From a virus, in the IMG/VR virus record IMGVR_UViG_3300045988_121434, positions 1 to 64,000 of that record: a DNA stretch of 64,000 bases; one strand, written 5' to 3'. Below, piece after piece: positions 8,260 to 16,904 of the stretch (within the stretch, counting starts at the first letter, position 1; every line of letters starts with the position of its first letter). The position numbers were made by a program, and so were the translations under genes. Below the pieces are notes generated by a model. That model was not told the DNA's origin, ran no database searches, and worked only from the letters and a program-made list of their open reading frames with translations.

Positions 8260-10104
8260 ATGACAGACAAAGAACTGAATATGGCGATATTGGAGCAGTT
8301 GTATAACATTGCTCTTCGTGAGTGGGCGTTGATGGAAAAGAATATCACTGGCAGTTTTACTGCTCGCGAGATAACAAAGCATATTGGCAAAGAGTTAAAA
8401 TGGGGAGGGTTTGATGTATTGCGGGTGCATAAGGTAAGCATCGGTTCGTTTAGTTGCAAGTTTACAAACAACGTTTTGTTTGATATTGTAGCTCGTTTCG
8501 AGGTTCTGGCAGGTATTGGCAGCAAGCGACGCTTGTTTGTAGCCGAGGAAAAAGGCGAGGAAGTGGGGAGTGTTACGTTTACCGTTGATAAGCAAATCCG
8601 CGAAATATGCAATTTTGTTGGCGATGATAAAGACTTTTATCAGTATATCTTTATAGACGCTGTACGAAATTGCCTTGTTGCGACCAACGGTTATAAGTTG
8701 ACGGCACAGCCTATAATGATAACAGAAAAGGTCGGTGACACCTCGGAGATGCTTATCAGTGCAGCAGACTTCAAAAAGATGTGCTCAAAGATGAAAGGTA
8801 AGACCGAGTATAAGATGATGGCACGTAAAGAGCATGTTTATTTGGATTACGTTACAAAGATAGAGTTTGATGGTATATTATCAAGCGTAAAAAGTGATTA
8901 TCGCTATCCGGAATGGGCAAAGATATTTGAAAAGACAAGCCGCGATTTGTGCGTGTCTGTTACAGGCTGGCAAGCGGTGCGTAAGTTTGCTAAAACAAGG
9001 GATGCGGAGTTTATAGGCATCAAAGGAAAACAGGGGGATGACTTCGTTATGTTTGAAGCGGACGGAGCAATTATGAAGGCTTCAGTTTGTGATGAAATTA
9101 AGCATAGTTTTAGTGTGCTATTAGCAAAGGATGTTGTTATGTCGGCAGAAAAAGCAGGCATTATGAATTTGTTTTTTGGCAAAGATGCTTCGCAGACTAT
9201 TCAGGCACACGATGAGTCCGGCACGATATATATCTTTGTTCCCGGACGAGTTGACAAAGGTATTTATATAGGCGAGTATGTTGGCGATACGATTGTCGTT
9301 CCGCAGGTTGATTTTGATTTCGACTTGTTACAGTGGCTCGCACCTATCACTGATAATACATCAGAGAAAAAGCCTGAGCCTATCCAGGTAAAGGAAAGCG
9401 ACAAACCGAAGGCACAGCCAACGGAAAATAAAAAGAACGCTCGAAAACGAACAATGGATGATAGTCGAAAGTTTACCTTTGCGGCTGTCGGCGTGAAGTC
9501 AGGCGACAAGATCACGTTTGTGGATGGCACGGAGGTTGTGGCAGCCGAGGACAACAAGGTGGCGTACCTGGGCAAGGAATATACCTTATCCGGATTCTGT
9601 AAACAGTTCATGCCGGAGGAAAAGCGCAATAAGTCAAATAGTTATCGTGGCTGTGTGTTCTTTTATAAAGATGGTGTGAAATTAGAAAAAATATTCAAAG
9701 ATACATTGAAGGACAAAGAATGTGAGGCCGAGCAGGTGGCAATCGTCGAGATTGAAACAAAAGATATTGTCGATGTGGCAGCCGTTAAGACAGAGCCGGA
9801 TGTTGTGGAATTTCCGCAGGTAGTGGAGCATTGTTCTAATGTGTCGGCAGATGTTAGTAATACGCCCAGGCTTGTTTCCGTAGTTTGTGCGGCACGTTCT
9901 GTTACTGACTGGCTAATTGCACATCCCGGATATGTGACACCGAGAGAACGCAAAAGAATGGGGTATCTGTCCCTATGCCAATCTCGGTTGCGTGGACTGG
10001 AGCGGAATACTGGCTCCGTGGGGATGAAGACTGTCGATAGTGTCCCGGCTTCGGATGCGCAGGTAGTGCATACTATGGCATTGCCGCCACCATGGGCAGT
10101 ATGA
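8260..10104 (+). CDS. large protein with a sliding-clamp (DnaN)-like central region
   Basis: CLVATNGYKLTAQP resembles DnaN ATDGHRLA and DYRYPEWAKIF resembles FPDY..VIP; N- and C-terminal extensions are unrelated. Confidence 0.45.
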   Translation: MTDKELNMAILEQLYNIALREWALMEKNITGSFTAREITKHIGKELKWGGFDVLRVHKVSIGSFSCKFTNNVLFDIVARFEVLAGIGSKRRLFVAEEKGEEVGSVTFTVDKQIREICNFVGDDKDFYQYIFIDAVRNCLVATNGYKLTAQPIMITEKVGDTSEMLISAADFKKMCSKMKGKTEYKMMARKEHVYLDYVTKIEFDGILSSVKSDYRYPEWAKIFEKTSRDLCVSVTGWQAVRKFAKTRDAEFIGIKGKQGDDFVMFEADGAIMKASVCDEIKHSFSVLLAKDVVMSAEKAGIMNLFFGKDASQTIQAHDESGTIYIFVPGRVDKGIYIGEYVGDTIVVPQVDFDFDLLQWLAPITDNTSEKKPEPIQVKESDKPKAQPTENKKNARKRTMDDSRKFTFAAVGVKSGDKITFVDGTEVVAAEDNKVAYLGKEYTLSGFCKQFMPEEKRNKSNSYRGCVFFYKDGVKLEKIFKDTLKDKECEAEQVAIVEIETKDIVDVAAVKTEPDVVEFPQVVEHCSNVSADVSNTPRLVSVVCAARSVTDWLIAHPGYVTPRERKRMGYLSLCQSRLRGLERNTGSVGMKTVDSVPASDAQVVHTMALPPPWAV

Positions 10105-10239
10105 CGTGAAGAAAAACATGGTAACGATATGAATATGTCTCCGGCTGGGTATCTATATTATAGGCGATTGGAAATATCATTACCATTTCCGTGAAAAAGA
10201 AAAAGAAGTGAGCATTGTTTAATCCGATCTTAAATCATT

Positions 10240-11090
10240 TTGACTAAAAATCTATTGTTTGCAGCCCTGCTGGTGGCTGCTGGAGTGAGTGTTACATCGT
10301 GTGGTAACGACCGTGAGTTGGAAGAACAGACTACTGGTCAGACAACCGCCAAGGGAAAGGCGCATGTGCGCCTGGTGTGCGGTATGGATGTCGGTATGGA
10401 TCAACAGCCGATGGCACGGCATGCACCGATGCGTGCGACCCTCAAAGCCAACGACCGGGAGTTGACCGACCTCTATATCATGGACTATGATAAGGCGACG
10501 CGCAGCGCGTCCCCTACCCTGCTGGATGCTGCATCGGCTCCATGGAACGTGGCGGCCAACGTGCTCACGCCCATTGACACCTCGCAGCCAGTGATGCTGA
10601 CCGCCGACAAGACCTCGGACACCCTCGGCGCACAGAAGGATGTTTCGGTGGGCGTTGGACAGTCGCAGACGATGATTATCCAGTCGTTGTTTTTGACGGC
10701 AAGGATGATGACGGCACGTTGTCGGAGGTGTTGATAGCCACCAACGACACGGCACGCTTCTACCTCTCACCCATTGAGATTAAGGGCGTGATGTTGTTCG
10801 ACTATCCTACCCCATCGGTCTTGATTAAGGACTCACGTTATAGGTTGCCTCGCAAATTAGAAGTTTCTGACGTATTGAAAAACGCCGACCTGCCCACTGG
10901 CTATTGGCAGAGCCGACAGCGCATCCTGTGTCACGACGACGAAAAGGGAGGCTATTACACCTATGTGCCCCACGGCAATATCACTCAGGCTGGTTACAAG
11001 ACTGCCTATTGCATCCTGCCTATCCGCTCAGAGCGGCTGCCACGGCAGGATGGTCATGTAGATATTATGGTGGATGATGAATGGAAATAG
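10240..11090 (+). pseudogene. GC-rich lipoprotein gene, apparently frameshifted (or two ORFs)
   Basis: Signal peptide plus lipobox LLFAALLVAAGVSVTSCGND. The frame of ORF 10240-10734 is replaced by a frame open from 10578 to 11090 (..DDYPVVVFDGKDDDGTLSEVLIATNDTARFYL..). GC is visibly higher than in the flanks. Confidence 0.45.
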
Positions 11091-11520
11091 AAATATATTT
11101 ATATACTTTCGTACTTTAGTATCTTCATACTTTCGTATATATATAGATACGTTCATACGTTTGTATTTTCTTTCTTATTTACCTATTTATAAATCTACTT
11201 ATGTATCTATTTATGTTTTTATCTACGTTCTTACTTTCTTATCTACCTAAGTAGTCTCTTATTTACGTTCTTAGATTAATAAGTTTGTAGGTAGATAAGA
11301 ACGTATGTTGATAGGTAAATTTTTAGGTAGATATGAAAATAATGACGCTAAAATTTGGATATATGGATTATAAATTTTAATTTTGTAACCGAATGAAAAA
11401 GTATTGATATACCAACGTATTTTTGTACTTATGTGCTTTGATACGTTCATACATATTTACTTTCGTAGATTTGTATGTTGGTACGTTGATATATAGTTAT
11501 AAACCATTTTAATATTTATA
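11091..11520. repeat. AT-rich repeat field upstream of parA (candidate parS/operator)
   Basis: ATACTTTCGTA three times (11103, 11127, 11458); GATACGTTCATAC twice (11147, 11440); inverted CTTATCTACCTA (11238) / TAGGTAGATAAG (11288); ACGTTCTTA and its complement. Confidence 0.6.
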
Positions 11521-11524
11521 GATT

Positions 11525-12367
11525 ATGGCAGAAAGATTAAAAGAAGTGCTCGCCATTGTGAACGACAAAGGTGGAGTAGGTAAGAGCACAACAGCTCACA
11601 ACTTGGCTTGCGGGCTGATTAAGCTGAAACCTGAATATCGTGTACTAATTATCGACCTGGATGCGCAGGTGGCTAACGTGTCGTTGCTGTGCGGATGGCG
11701 TGACCGTACCGACAAGCATGGTACCATGTATGAGGCGTTGATAAACAAGTCGGCATTGCCCGTGTATCAGGTAAAGGTAGACGAGCAGGACTATAACGGC
11801 AATTTGTATCTTGCTCCATCTTCAGAGGATATGCTGAATGTGGATCCGTTCTTGCTTCGTGAGTTGAACCCGCTGAAAGTATTGTGCAAGTTGTTTGCCA
11901 TGCCCGTTACCTTGGCACCAGAGCAGGGTGGTGAGCAGAGCGTGATAGAGGCTTTCGACTATGTTATCATCGACTGTCCTCCGGCCATGAACCTCGTAAC
12001 GAAAAATGCCATGTCGGTGGCAACTGGCATCATCATCCCCATGCAGCTCGAAGCCCTGCCTACATTCGGCTCGTCAAGCGTGATACGTTGGGCTGAGGAA
12101 GTGAAGGCAGAGATAAATCCTAATCTTGATTTGCGCGGTCTTCTGAAAGTGATGGTAGACAAGCGCACGAAGGCGAGTGCAGGCTTCTCGCAGCACATTG
12201 ATGATGAGTACGGTGATTATGTGTTCAAGACCGAGATACCGCGACGTACAAAGATTGTGGAAGCCCAGGCGATGATGCAGGATATTTTCACCTATGCGCC
12301 TGAAAGCGATGCTGCAAAGAGTTACGAGGCGTTTGCGCAAGAGATTATTGATACCTATGAGGAGTGA
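11525..12367 (+). CDS. parA: ParA/Soj-family partition ATPase
   Basis: Deviant Walker A VNDKGGVGKSTTAHNLA and Walker B-like YVIIDCPP; 280 aa. Confidence 0.9.
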   Translation: MAERLKEVLAIVNDKGGVGKSTTAHNLACGLIKLKPEYRVLIIDLDAQVANVSLLCGWRDRTDKHGTMYEALINKSALPVYQVKVDEQDYNGNLYLAPSSEDMLNVDPFLLRELNPLKVLCKLFAMPVTLAPEQGGEQSVIEAFDYVIIDCPPAMNLVTKNAMSVATGIIIPMQLEALPTFGSSSVIRWAEEVKAEINPNLDLRGLLKVMVDKRTKASAGFSQHIDDEYGDYVFKTEIPRRTKIVEAQAMMQDIFTYAPESDAAKSYEAFAQEIIDTYEE

Positions 12368-12429
12368 TTTGCTCCTTATAGGCATGTAGAATTATTCACC
12401 GATTGTATGGATTTATAGATTTGTGAGTT

Positions 12430-12825
12430 ATGGCAAAAGAAAAGAAGTTTAATTTCGGTGCAACGAAGGTTGCCCGGATGTCGGAAGATATAAGAGATAA
12501 TAATGTTGTGACTGTTGAGCAGTCCCAGCCAGTCATTACTTCTACAGAGCAGACTGCGGTGGAGGCGGACGCTCCAGCCAATCAGCATGTGCCTGCGCCT
12601 GTCTTGACAGAAAATGTCAATGACGAGCAGCCGAAGCCGACGGTAAGGAGAAAATCATCGACAAGTCTGCAAGCGTCGAAAGCAAAGAAAAGTAAAAACG
12701 GCATCGTGATTGACGTGCCCATTGATGAATATCTGGAATTGATGCGCCTGAAGGTGATGACTGGCAAGACGCTCAAGGAATTGGCGTTGCAAGCGGTGCA
12801 TGAGTTCGTGGAGAGAAATAAGTGA
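12430..12825 (+). CDS. small centromere-binding-type protein with a C-terminal ribbon-helix-helix (ParG-like)
   Basis: Disordered basic N-terminal part, then IVIDVPIDEYLELMRLKVMTGKTLKELALQAVHEFVERN (RHH-like); immediately downstream of parA. Confidence 0.55.
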   Translation: MAKEKKFNFGATKVARMSEDIRDNNVVTVEQSQPVITSTEQTAVEADAPANQHVPAPVLTENVNDEQPKPTVRRKSSTSLQASKAKKSKNGIVIDVPIDEYLELMRLKVMTGKTLKELALQAVHEFVERNK

Positions 12826-12833
12826 GGTGAAAT

Positions 12834-13152
12834 GACTATTAATGTTTTTTACCTTTATAAATTTTCCTTATGGAAATATTAGCAAAGGTAAAACGACTAC
12901 TAAAGTTTTTTACCTTGGTAAAACAGGTACTAAAGTTTTTTACCTCAAATAGTGCAGAGAGAGTAAACAGGTACTAATGTTTTTTACCTATACTTTATAA
13001 TATAAATAAGAAAACTATTTCATTATATTATATTAGGATGAATGATTTATCTAAAAAACTGTTGATTATGAATGATTTAGATTTTATCGCGGTAAAAAAC
13101 ATTAGTACCTAAACGTCCTAAAAGGCATACTCGACGTAAAAAATATTAGTAC
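12834..13152. repeat. iteron array (candidate oriV) upstream of rep
   Basis: GGTACTAA(A/T)GTTTTTTACC-type 19-20-mers, direct at 12834, 12895, 12926 and 12970, inverted at 13091 and 13135; also ATGAATGATTTA twice (13039, 13068). Confidence 0.8.
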
Positions 13153-13175
13153 CAAACGGTTTAAATGTGATATTT

Positions 13176-14342
13176 ATGGAAAAGAAAACATTGCCGCAAC
13201 AATATATAAATACCCCTTTTGCTTATACAAGACTATCGAAGAACCTGTCGTTGCTTCAGCAGTCGATGCTCAACAAAGTGAGTGAGCATCTGCAAAGCTA
13301 TGTGCAGAAGTATTTTGGTAGCGATCTTTGCAAGTCGCGGGATATTCCTCGGCCATTGTTCTCTGACGCGGAGAAACATAATGGTATGCCGATATTCACG
13401 GTATCGTATGCAGAACTCGGTGTAAGTATTAACAATTATAGCAGTGCGAATGCCGCCGTAAAAGAAGTGCTTGCACTTACTCTTGATGCTCCAGGCGTAG
13501 ACAAGGACGGTAATCCGGCTATTGTGAAATACAACATATTCACGCAAGCGAATATGTCTTCAGACGAAAGCAACGGTGTTACATTCAGTTTGAATACCGC
13601 TGTTGTAGATTATGTGTTCGACATGAGCCAGGGATATGTAAGACATCCCGCGAATATAGCCAGAATAGGACAGGTAGAACGTATGCCTATGATGTATTAT
13701 CTGTTGTTTAAGTATTCGGAACGATGGAAAATGCGCGAGGTGCATCTTACGGTGTTGGATATAAAAGACTATCTCGGTATGCGTTCTAAGGTTAAGGAAC
13801 AAGATGATGATGGCGAAAAGAAAAGAGCTGGGCGTCCAATGAAGACTGGGGATGTAATCAAAGAGGCCTATCCTAAGTTCTCTCAATTCCGAAAGATGGT
13901 ACTTGATACAAGTATCAATGATATTAATCGACTAAAAAAGGAAGGTCTGCTTGATGTATGTGTGTCGTATGAACCAGTTTACAATGGTAAGCGGAAGGTT
14001 GGTAATCCCGCATTTATCAAGTTCTGTATATACGATTCTATCGAGGAAATGCAGAGAGCAAATATGCCACAGCAACAAAGCATGATCTTTAGCGACGACA
14101 AGACAGGCGCGAAAGAATGGAAGGCGTTGGTTAATGATTACCAAGGTGTCTTGCGTGAATATCTGAAAGGTTTTTATGTCGATTCCTACGACGGCGTTAC
14201 GCTTGTGTTGAATGGCAAGCGAGAGCAGATAGAGGCGTTTGAAAGCAAGTTAAATAGCAATGAGATAATTTCATTAAATGCTTGCCTTGAAAAGGCTTTT
14301 GGGAAAAAGGTTAAATGGAAATATCGAGTCGTGAAAGAATAA
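13176..14342 (+). CDS. Rep_3/RepB-like plasmid replication initiator
   Basis: Layout and length typical of iteron-binding initiators (YTRLSKNLSLLQQSML.., ..PAFIKFCIY); directly follows the iterons; the ORF track starts at GTG 13167. Confidence 0.65.
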   Translation: MEKKTLPQQYINTPFAYTRLSKNLSLLQQSMLNKVSEHLQSYVQKYFGSDLCKSRDIPRPLFSDAEKHNGMPIFTVSYAELGVSINNYSSANAAVKEVLALTLDAPGVDKDGNPAIVKYNIFTQANMSSDESNGVTFSLNTAVVDYVFDMSQGYVRHPANIARIGQVERMPMMYYLLFKYSERWKMREVHLTVLDIKDYLGMRSKVKEQDDDGEKKRAGRPMKTGDVIKEAYPKFSQFRKMVLDTSINDINRLKKEGLLDVCVSYEPVYNGKRKVGNPAFIKFCIYDSIEEMQRANMPQQQSMIFSDDKTGAKEWKALVNDYQGVLREYLKGFYVDSYDGVTLVLNGKREQIEAFESKLNSNEIISLNACLEKAFGKKVKWKYRVVKE

Positions 14343-14347
14343 CATCA

Positions 14348-14388
14348 AGCACCGCTTTACCTCGGTTGGGGTAGGGCGGTGCTTTTTC
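14348..14388 (+). terminator. rho-independent terminator after rep
   Basis: AGCACCGC (14348-55) pairs with GCGGTGCT (14376-83), followed by TTTTT. Confidence 0.7.
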
Positions 14389-14481
14389 CATGTCCTTATG
14401 GTTTGTTTGATATTACGTATCTTTGCATCAGAAATTCATGATTAGTAGGCTTGACAGCATAGCCACCGTAGGGGGAATTAC

Positions 14482-14652
14482 ATGACGCATTGGGCGAAGA
14501 ACGACAGCGTGAGCAAGGTGAAGGAACATGACGGCGTTGTCGGTGGTCAGTCGTTTCGCGAGAGTATAGAGAACATCATGCTGTTTCTGTTGTTCCTGTG
14601 CGGAATGTTCACGATATGGTATTTCATATATTACAGAAAACACGAAAAATAA
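14482..14652 (+). CDS. small membrane protein (56 aa)
   Basis: MTHWAKND...IMLFLLFLCGMFTIWYFIYYRKHEK with a C-terminal TM; preferred over the antisense track ORF 14428-14817. Confidence 0.4.
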   Translation: MTHWAKNDSVSKVKEHDGVVGGQSFRESIENIMLFLLFLCGMFTIWYFIYYRKHEK

Positions 14653-14665
14653 ACATTCGGGATTT

Positions 14666-14965
14666 ATGGGCAAGAAGAAAAGAAAGGACTTTGTGGATAT
14701 GGACGGCGACCAGCCGGAGGTAACGCTCGACGACTTCGTTATACCGTCGAAGATAGAGGCGTTTTGTAATAAGTACAAGCCGCAGGACCATTGGGCGGAA
14801 GACTGCGACACGTTCACCGACTCGCAGCTAAGAGCTTACTTCAAGGCTGTGGTATGTCCGTTGGGTGATCCGCTGTCGATATACCTTCGGGAGTTGGCAT
14901 GCAAGGGATTCAAGATGCGCGATGATGAGTGCGGAGAGCCTGTGATTTACGCAAAACTAAAATAA
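14666..14965 (+). CDS. hypothetical protein
   Basis: 99-aa ORF. Confidence 0.55.
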   Translation: MGKKKRKDFVDMDGDQPEVTLDDFVIPSKIEAFCNKYKPQDHWAEDCDTFTDSQLRAYFKAVVCPLGDPLSIYLRELACKGFKMRDDECGEPVIYAKLK

Positions 14966-14978
14966 AAATATAGAGAAT

Positions 14979-15503
14979 ATGAAAAAGCCACACCATTATT
15001 ACAAGTTTGCTGCAATGTCCACCGTTGGTGGGCAGTTGCAGGGGTTTATGAACCGATGCAAGGATGCGGAGGAAACAGCCCGTCAGTGGGCAGAAAAACA
15101 AGGCGCAAGCCAATATTACGAGTCGGTCGACGGAATGGCCGGCGGTGTGAGTGCCGTGGAGTTTGCCGACACTACGGCCAAGGACGGCTGGGACAAGGTT
15201 GTAACGTCAGACGGCAGAGTGTTCTATCTGCCGATGGAAGACACCGACCTCGAAAAGGAGATGTACGGACTGCCAGTGGTGAGCGAGGCGGAGCTTATCA
15301 CCATACTCAACCTCATTCCGCAGAAGACGGCAAAAGGTCTGCCTCTGCCGTTCACCTTTGGAGATACCACGCCTGTAGTGTTCCAGCATTATGGCTATTG
15401 GTACGTTGATGTGCCGTATGTGAGTGCCGACATATCGGCGCAGCATATCGAAGAGAAGGAGTTTAACCGCAGGAAAATGGCAGCGACAAATGAAAGGTCA
15501 TGA
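14979..15503 (+). CDS. hypothetical protein
   Basis: 174-aa ORF. Confidence 0.6.
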   Translation: MKKPHHYYKFAAMSTVGGQLQGFMNRCKDAEETARQWAEKQGASQYYESVDGMAGGVSAVEFADTTAKDGWDKVVTSDGRVFYLPMEDTDLEKEMYGLPVVSEAELITILNLIPQKTAKGLPLPFTFGDTTPVVFQHYGYWYVDVPYVSADISAQHIEEKEFNRRKMAATNERS

Positions 15504-15583
15504 TTTAGTTAAGTTAATTATAGTTTAGTTTCAACGTAAGTTGTAGTTGTCGGTTGGGTTTTCAAGACTTTTCCAACTGTACA

Positions 15584-15626
15584 GGCAGTTACCAGTCCGC
15601 GAGGGATAGGTAACTGCCTTTTTTTT
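15584..15626. terminator. bidirectional terminator between convergent genes
   Basis: GGCAGTTACC (15584-93) pairs with GGTAACTGCC (15609-18), followed by T8. Confidence 0.8.
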
Positions 15627-15632
15627 GTGTGA

Positions 15633-16271
15633 TTATTTGCCCGGCTTTGGCTCTGCAGCCATGTCGATGGTGTAGTCTTGTGGCGTGTTGTATCTCGTTG
15701 ACTTCTTCATCGAAAGAAGTTGGTGGGTAAGCTCGGCTATCTGCTTTTGTTGCTCAGCGATGATGTCGAGCAGGTTGTCGCGTTGCAGGCTGTGCTTTGT
15801 TTCCAGTTCTATCAACGCCTCCATGTCCGTGGTTGTGGTGGTTGACATGTGGGTGTTGTTGGCTCTCTCAGGCTCTGGCGTTTCCTCTTGCTGTGCGGGA
15901 GCCACAAAGCCAGGAACCGTGGACGGGATGGTTTGAACGTCCAATGGGTCATACAGTCCTCGGCTCCCTTGCTGTCGTTCTTTCACATAGCCACCATCCG
16001 GCTCGAATTGATCGTTTGTGTCCGGCTTGATACATGGAGCCGGATTTTCGTTGTCGGCATCCATGTCGCAGAAGAATGCCGAGATAGGCACTTGAAACGT
16101 GTTGCAGAACCGCATGATGCTCGTTACGGGCATGGGGCTCTTGCCCTTTTCCCACAGGCGCAGACTGTTGTTAGAAGTTGTGCCGATAGCTTGCAGAATG
16201 GTGTCGATAGAGATTTTTCTATTCACCTGCATCCACTTTCCTAAAAAGGAGTAATTGTATTGTATGCGCAT
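15633..16271 (-). CDS. CI-like repressor (XRE HTH N-terminus, coiled-coil C-terminus)
   Basis: KISIDTILQAIGTTSNNSLRLWEKGKSPMPVTSIMRFCNTFQVPISAFF matches the HTH_3 pattern; only minus-strand gene in this block, divergent from 16401. Confidence 0.7.
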   Translation of the reverse strand: MRIQYNYSFLGKWMQVNRKISIDTILQAIGTTSNNSLRLWEKGKSPMPVTSIMRFCNTFQVPISAFFCDMDADNENPAPCIKPDTNDQFEPDGGYVKERQQGSRGLYDPLDVQTIPSTVPGFVAPAQQEETPEPERANNTHMSTTTTTDMEALIELETKHSLQRDNLLDIIAEQQKQIAELTHQLLSMKKSTRYNTPQDYTIDMAAEPKPGK

Positions 16272-16366
16272 AGTCTAAATTATTTATGAATAACTGAATT
16301 ATGTTAAAGTCTGTAAAATATCGAAATAAAACGTAAGTAAGTTATGATTATATGTATTTTAATTAT

Positions 16367-16374
16367 TAAATTTG
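16367..16374 (+). promoter_or_regulatory. candidate -7 box TAAATTTG of the rightward promoter
   Basis: Matches TAnnTTTG, 27 nt upstream of ATG 16401; no clean -33 TTTG. Confidence 0.4.
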
Positions 16375-16400
16375 CAACAAATATAACTAAATTACGAAAG

Positions 16401-16904
16401 ATGACAAAGGAAAACTTAGAAAAAATCTCTGTCCCCAGCTCCTTTTGGGCTGGCGAGGATATTTCTGTGGAGGAAAAGAAACTTTTGGCAGATTATCTGT
16501 CAAAAAAAAGCTTCACTTCTTCCACATTTTACCTTCGCTTTTTCCAAAAGGGATTTTCAGCCTGGGAAATTTCTGGTATCAAGAATTGTAAAAAGCAATT
16601 TTTAGATATGCCGGAAGTATCTCAATTATTATTGGCGTATCAAGACACCAAAGATGATAATGGAGATAGGGGTTATCTATATACGCTTGCCCATAGTGAT
16701 GCGCCAGGTGTGTTCTACGACTGCCTAAAGAAGGTGAACGGAGGCTTGTGCAACAAGTTCTTTTCGTTTATGGGCGAGAGGGGCATGAGCATGGCTACCG
16801 TTGTCAAGCGTTTCACTTCCGACAACTGGAAGGCATGGGAGGCAGACGGCATCCGCGAAGTACTTTGTCAGTATATGAACGAAAAATCCAAGTGTAATGA
16901 TTGA
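16401..16904 (+). CDS. hypothetical protein, first gene divergent from the repressor
   Basis: ORF track 16344-16904; ATG 16401 (MTKENLEK) chosen as start. Confidence 0.55.
   Translation: MTKENLEKISVPSSFWAGEDISVEEKKLLADYLSKKSFTSSTFYLRFFQKGFSAWEISGIKNCKKQFLDMPEVSQLLLAYQDTKDDNGDRGYLYTLAHSDAPGVFYDCLKKVNGGLCNKFFSFMGERGMSMATVVKRFTSDNWKAWEADGIREVLCQYMNEKSKCND

Noticed and set aside
10252-10770. Minus-strand ORF 10252-10770 as the real gene in the GC-rich segment
   Set aside because: The plus strand encodes a textbook lipoprotein signal peptide and lipobox. Long open frames on both strands are expected in GC-rich DNA.
12834-13152. Repeat arrays at 12834-13152 and 57677-58213 as CRISPR arrays
   Set aside because: The repeats are only 11-20 nt, spacing is irregular, copies occur in both orientations, and no cas genes are present. 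An iteron or operator interpretation fits better.
14428-14817. Minus-strand ORF 14428-14817
   Set aside because: It overlaps two plus-strand ORFs (14482-14652 and 14666-14965) that fit the operon direction, and it lies downstream of a plus-strand TATCTTTG box.
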